Source of the DNA: a virus
Taxonomy: Duplodnaviria > Caudoviricetes
Reading direction: 5' to 3' (one strand)
IMG/VR virus record: IMGVR_UViG_3300042522_001179
Span: 183-64,182 of that record
DNA: 64,000 nucleotides
Below, one piece after another: positions 63,376 through 64,000 of the stretch. Positions within the stretch are counted from its first letter, which is position 1. The number at the start of each line of letters is the position of its first letter. The position numbers were made by a program, and so were the translations under genes. The notes under the pieces were generated by a model that was not told the origin of the DNA, made no database searches, and worked only from the letters and a program-made list of their open reading frames with translations.

Positions 63376-63579
63376 TTAGATGAAGAGATCAGCGTCCTGG
63401 TCCCTGTCGTGAAGTGTATCACGATACTTGGTCCGCTTGTAGGCCAAGCGTGCCATCCGATACGTTCCGTAAAGAACGCCAGCCCAGCATACAGGACTAC
63501 CAATGGCCAAGGCAACCACTCCTGCTATGGCAGCAGTTGCGGCACCGTCCTTGATTGCAGCTTTTTCTTCAGGTTTCAT
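63376..63579 (-). CDS. small membrane protein
   Basis: Hydrophobic AATAAIAGVVALAIG segment. Confidence 0.6.
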   Translation of the reverse strand: MKPEEKAAIKDGAATAAIAGVVALAIGSPVCWAGVLYGTYRMARLAYKRTKYRDTLHDRDQDADLFI

Positions 63580-63658
63580 TTGTGATTGTTAATACATTTT
63601 GAAGTTTTGATCTAGGGTTTACTATAGATGTAACCTATGGGTGCCAACTGAATAAACC

Positions 63659-63919
63659 ATGGAAGAAATCAAATACGTACCATTAACTAAATTTCAAATT
63701 GAACCAACGCTTGATGATAAGTTTTGGCTAGAAAAAATCAAACGATCAATTGAAGATTGCAATTCAGTAAGTACCTTAAAAGAAATGGCGACCTTGCTTG
63801 CGCAGATCGCCACTCAACGTCAAGGTGTGATTAGGGGATTAGTACAAGACATGTTTATCTTTAACAACGTTGCCGTTAATGAAGAAGACTTGTCTAATCC
63901 TCAAGTCAAATCAGAGTGA
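63659..63919 (+). CDS. second, divergent NblA-like protein
   Basis: PTLDDKFWLEKIKRSIEDC..VSTLKEMATLLAQIATQRQGVIRGLV: NblA-like two-helix pattern. Confidence 0.5.
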   Translation: MEEIKYVPLTKFQIEPTLDDKFWLEKIKRSIEDCNSVSTLKEMATLLAQIATQRQGVIRGLVQDMFIFNNVAVNEEDLSNPQVKSE

Positions 63920-64000
63920 CGTGTCCTCACCCGTAAGTGCATCACGAGAAGGTAGTGCTTTAACCTCCACAGCATCCATGGTGCGAGACACAGGAAGGAT
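63911..64000 (-). CDS. 3' end of a gene truncated by the window edge
   Basis: Open frame ...SRTMDAVEVKALPSRDALTGEDTSL* running off the window. Confidence 0.45.
   Translation of the reverse strand: MLPVSRTMDAVEVKALPSRDALTGEDTSL

Noticed and set aside
20199-63647. 12-nt match CTATGGGTGCCA upstream of both the 38-aa ORF and the second NblA-like gene
   Set aside because: Many 12-mer coincidences are expected in 64 kb, and the second copy lacks the complementary arm of the cloverleaf
1-64000. Stop-codon reassignment as an explanation for odd gene boundaries
   Set aside because: Known genes (terL, capsid, dcd, speD, primase) are intact under the standard code and end in TAA, TAG or TGA

Overview
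A 64-kb segment of a tailed dsDNA bacteriophage genome, most likely a cyanophage: it carries two NblA-like genes, a CP12-like mini-gene and a Dps-like gene. The + strand from about 0.5 to 41 kb is mostly a virion module: Gly/Ala-rich putative internal/ejection proteins, terminase large subunit, portal, scaffold, major capsid protein, four different peptidoglycan hydrolases, and a 1429-aa repetitive tail fibre followed by a methyltransferase and two glycosyltransferases. A - strand block (dCTP deaminase, degenerate Dam-like MTase, HTH proteins) interrupts it at about 28.7-32.3 kb. The - strand from about 41 to 49.7 kb carries HNH genes, a GT4, speD, a primase-helicase and a PD-(D/E)XK nuclease. 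A + strand deoxy-sugar operon follows, then a dense non-coding RNA locus at 53.9-54.4 kb and a - strand block of probable early genes. The most notable unexplained signals are: (1) a ~245-nt pseudoknotted RNA with its own promoter, followed directly by two tandem tRNA mimics with intact acceptor/T arms but corrupted anticodon arms; (2) a cloverleaf RNA leader in front of an unannotated 38-aa signal-peptide-like ORF; (3) extensive out-of-frame gene overlap, including 572 nt shared by portal and scaffold; (4) a -10-only box about 20-26 nt upstream of many genes; (5) a circularly permuted M23 peptidase; and (6) a ~145-nt hairpin with nearby palindromic repeats upstream of the HNH genes. All family assignments come from motifs recognised by eye and RNA structures were folded by hand; no database search was run.
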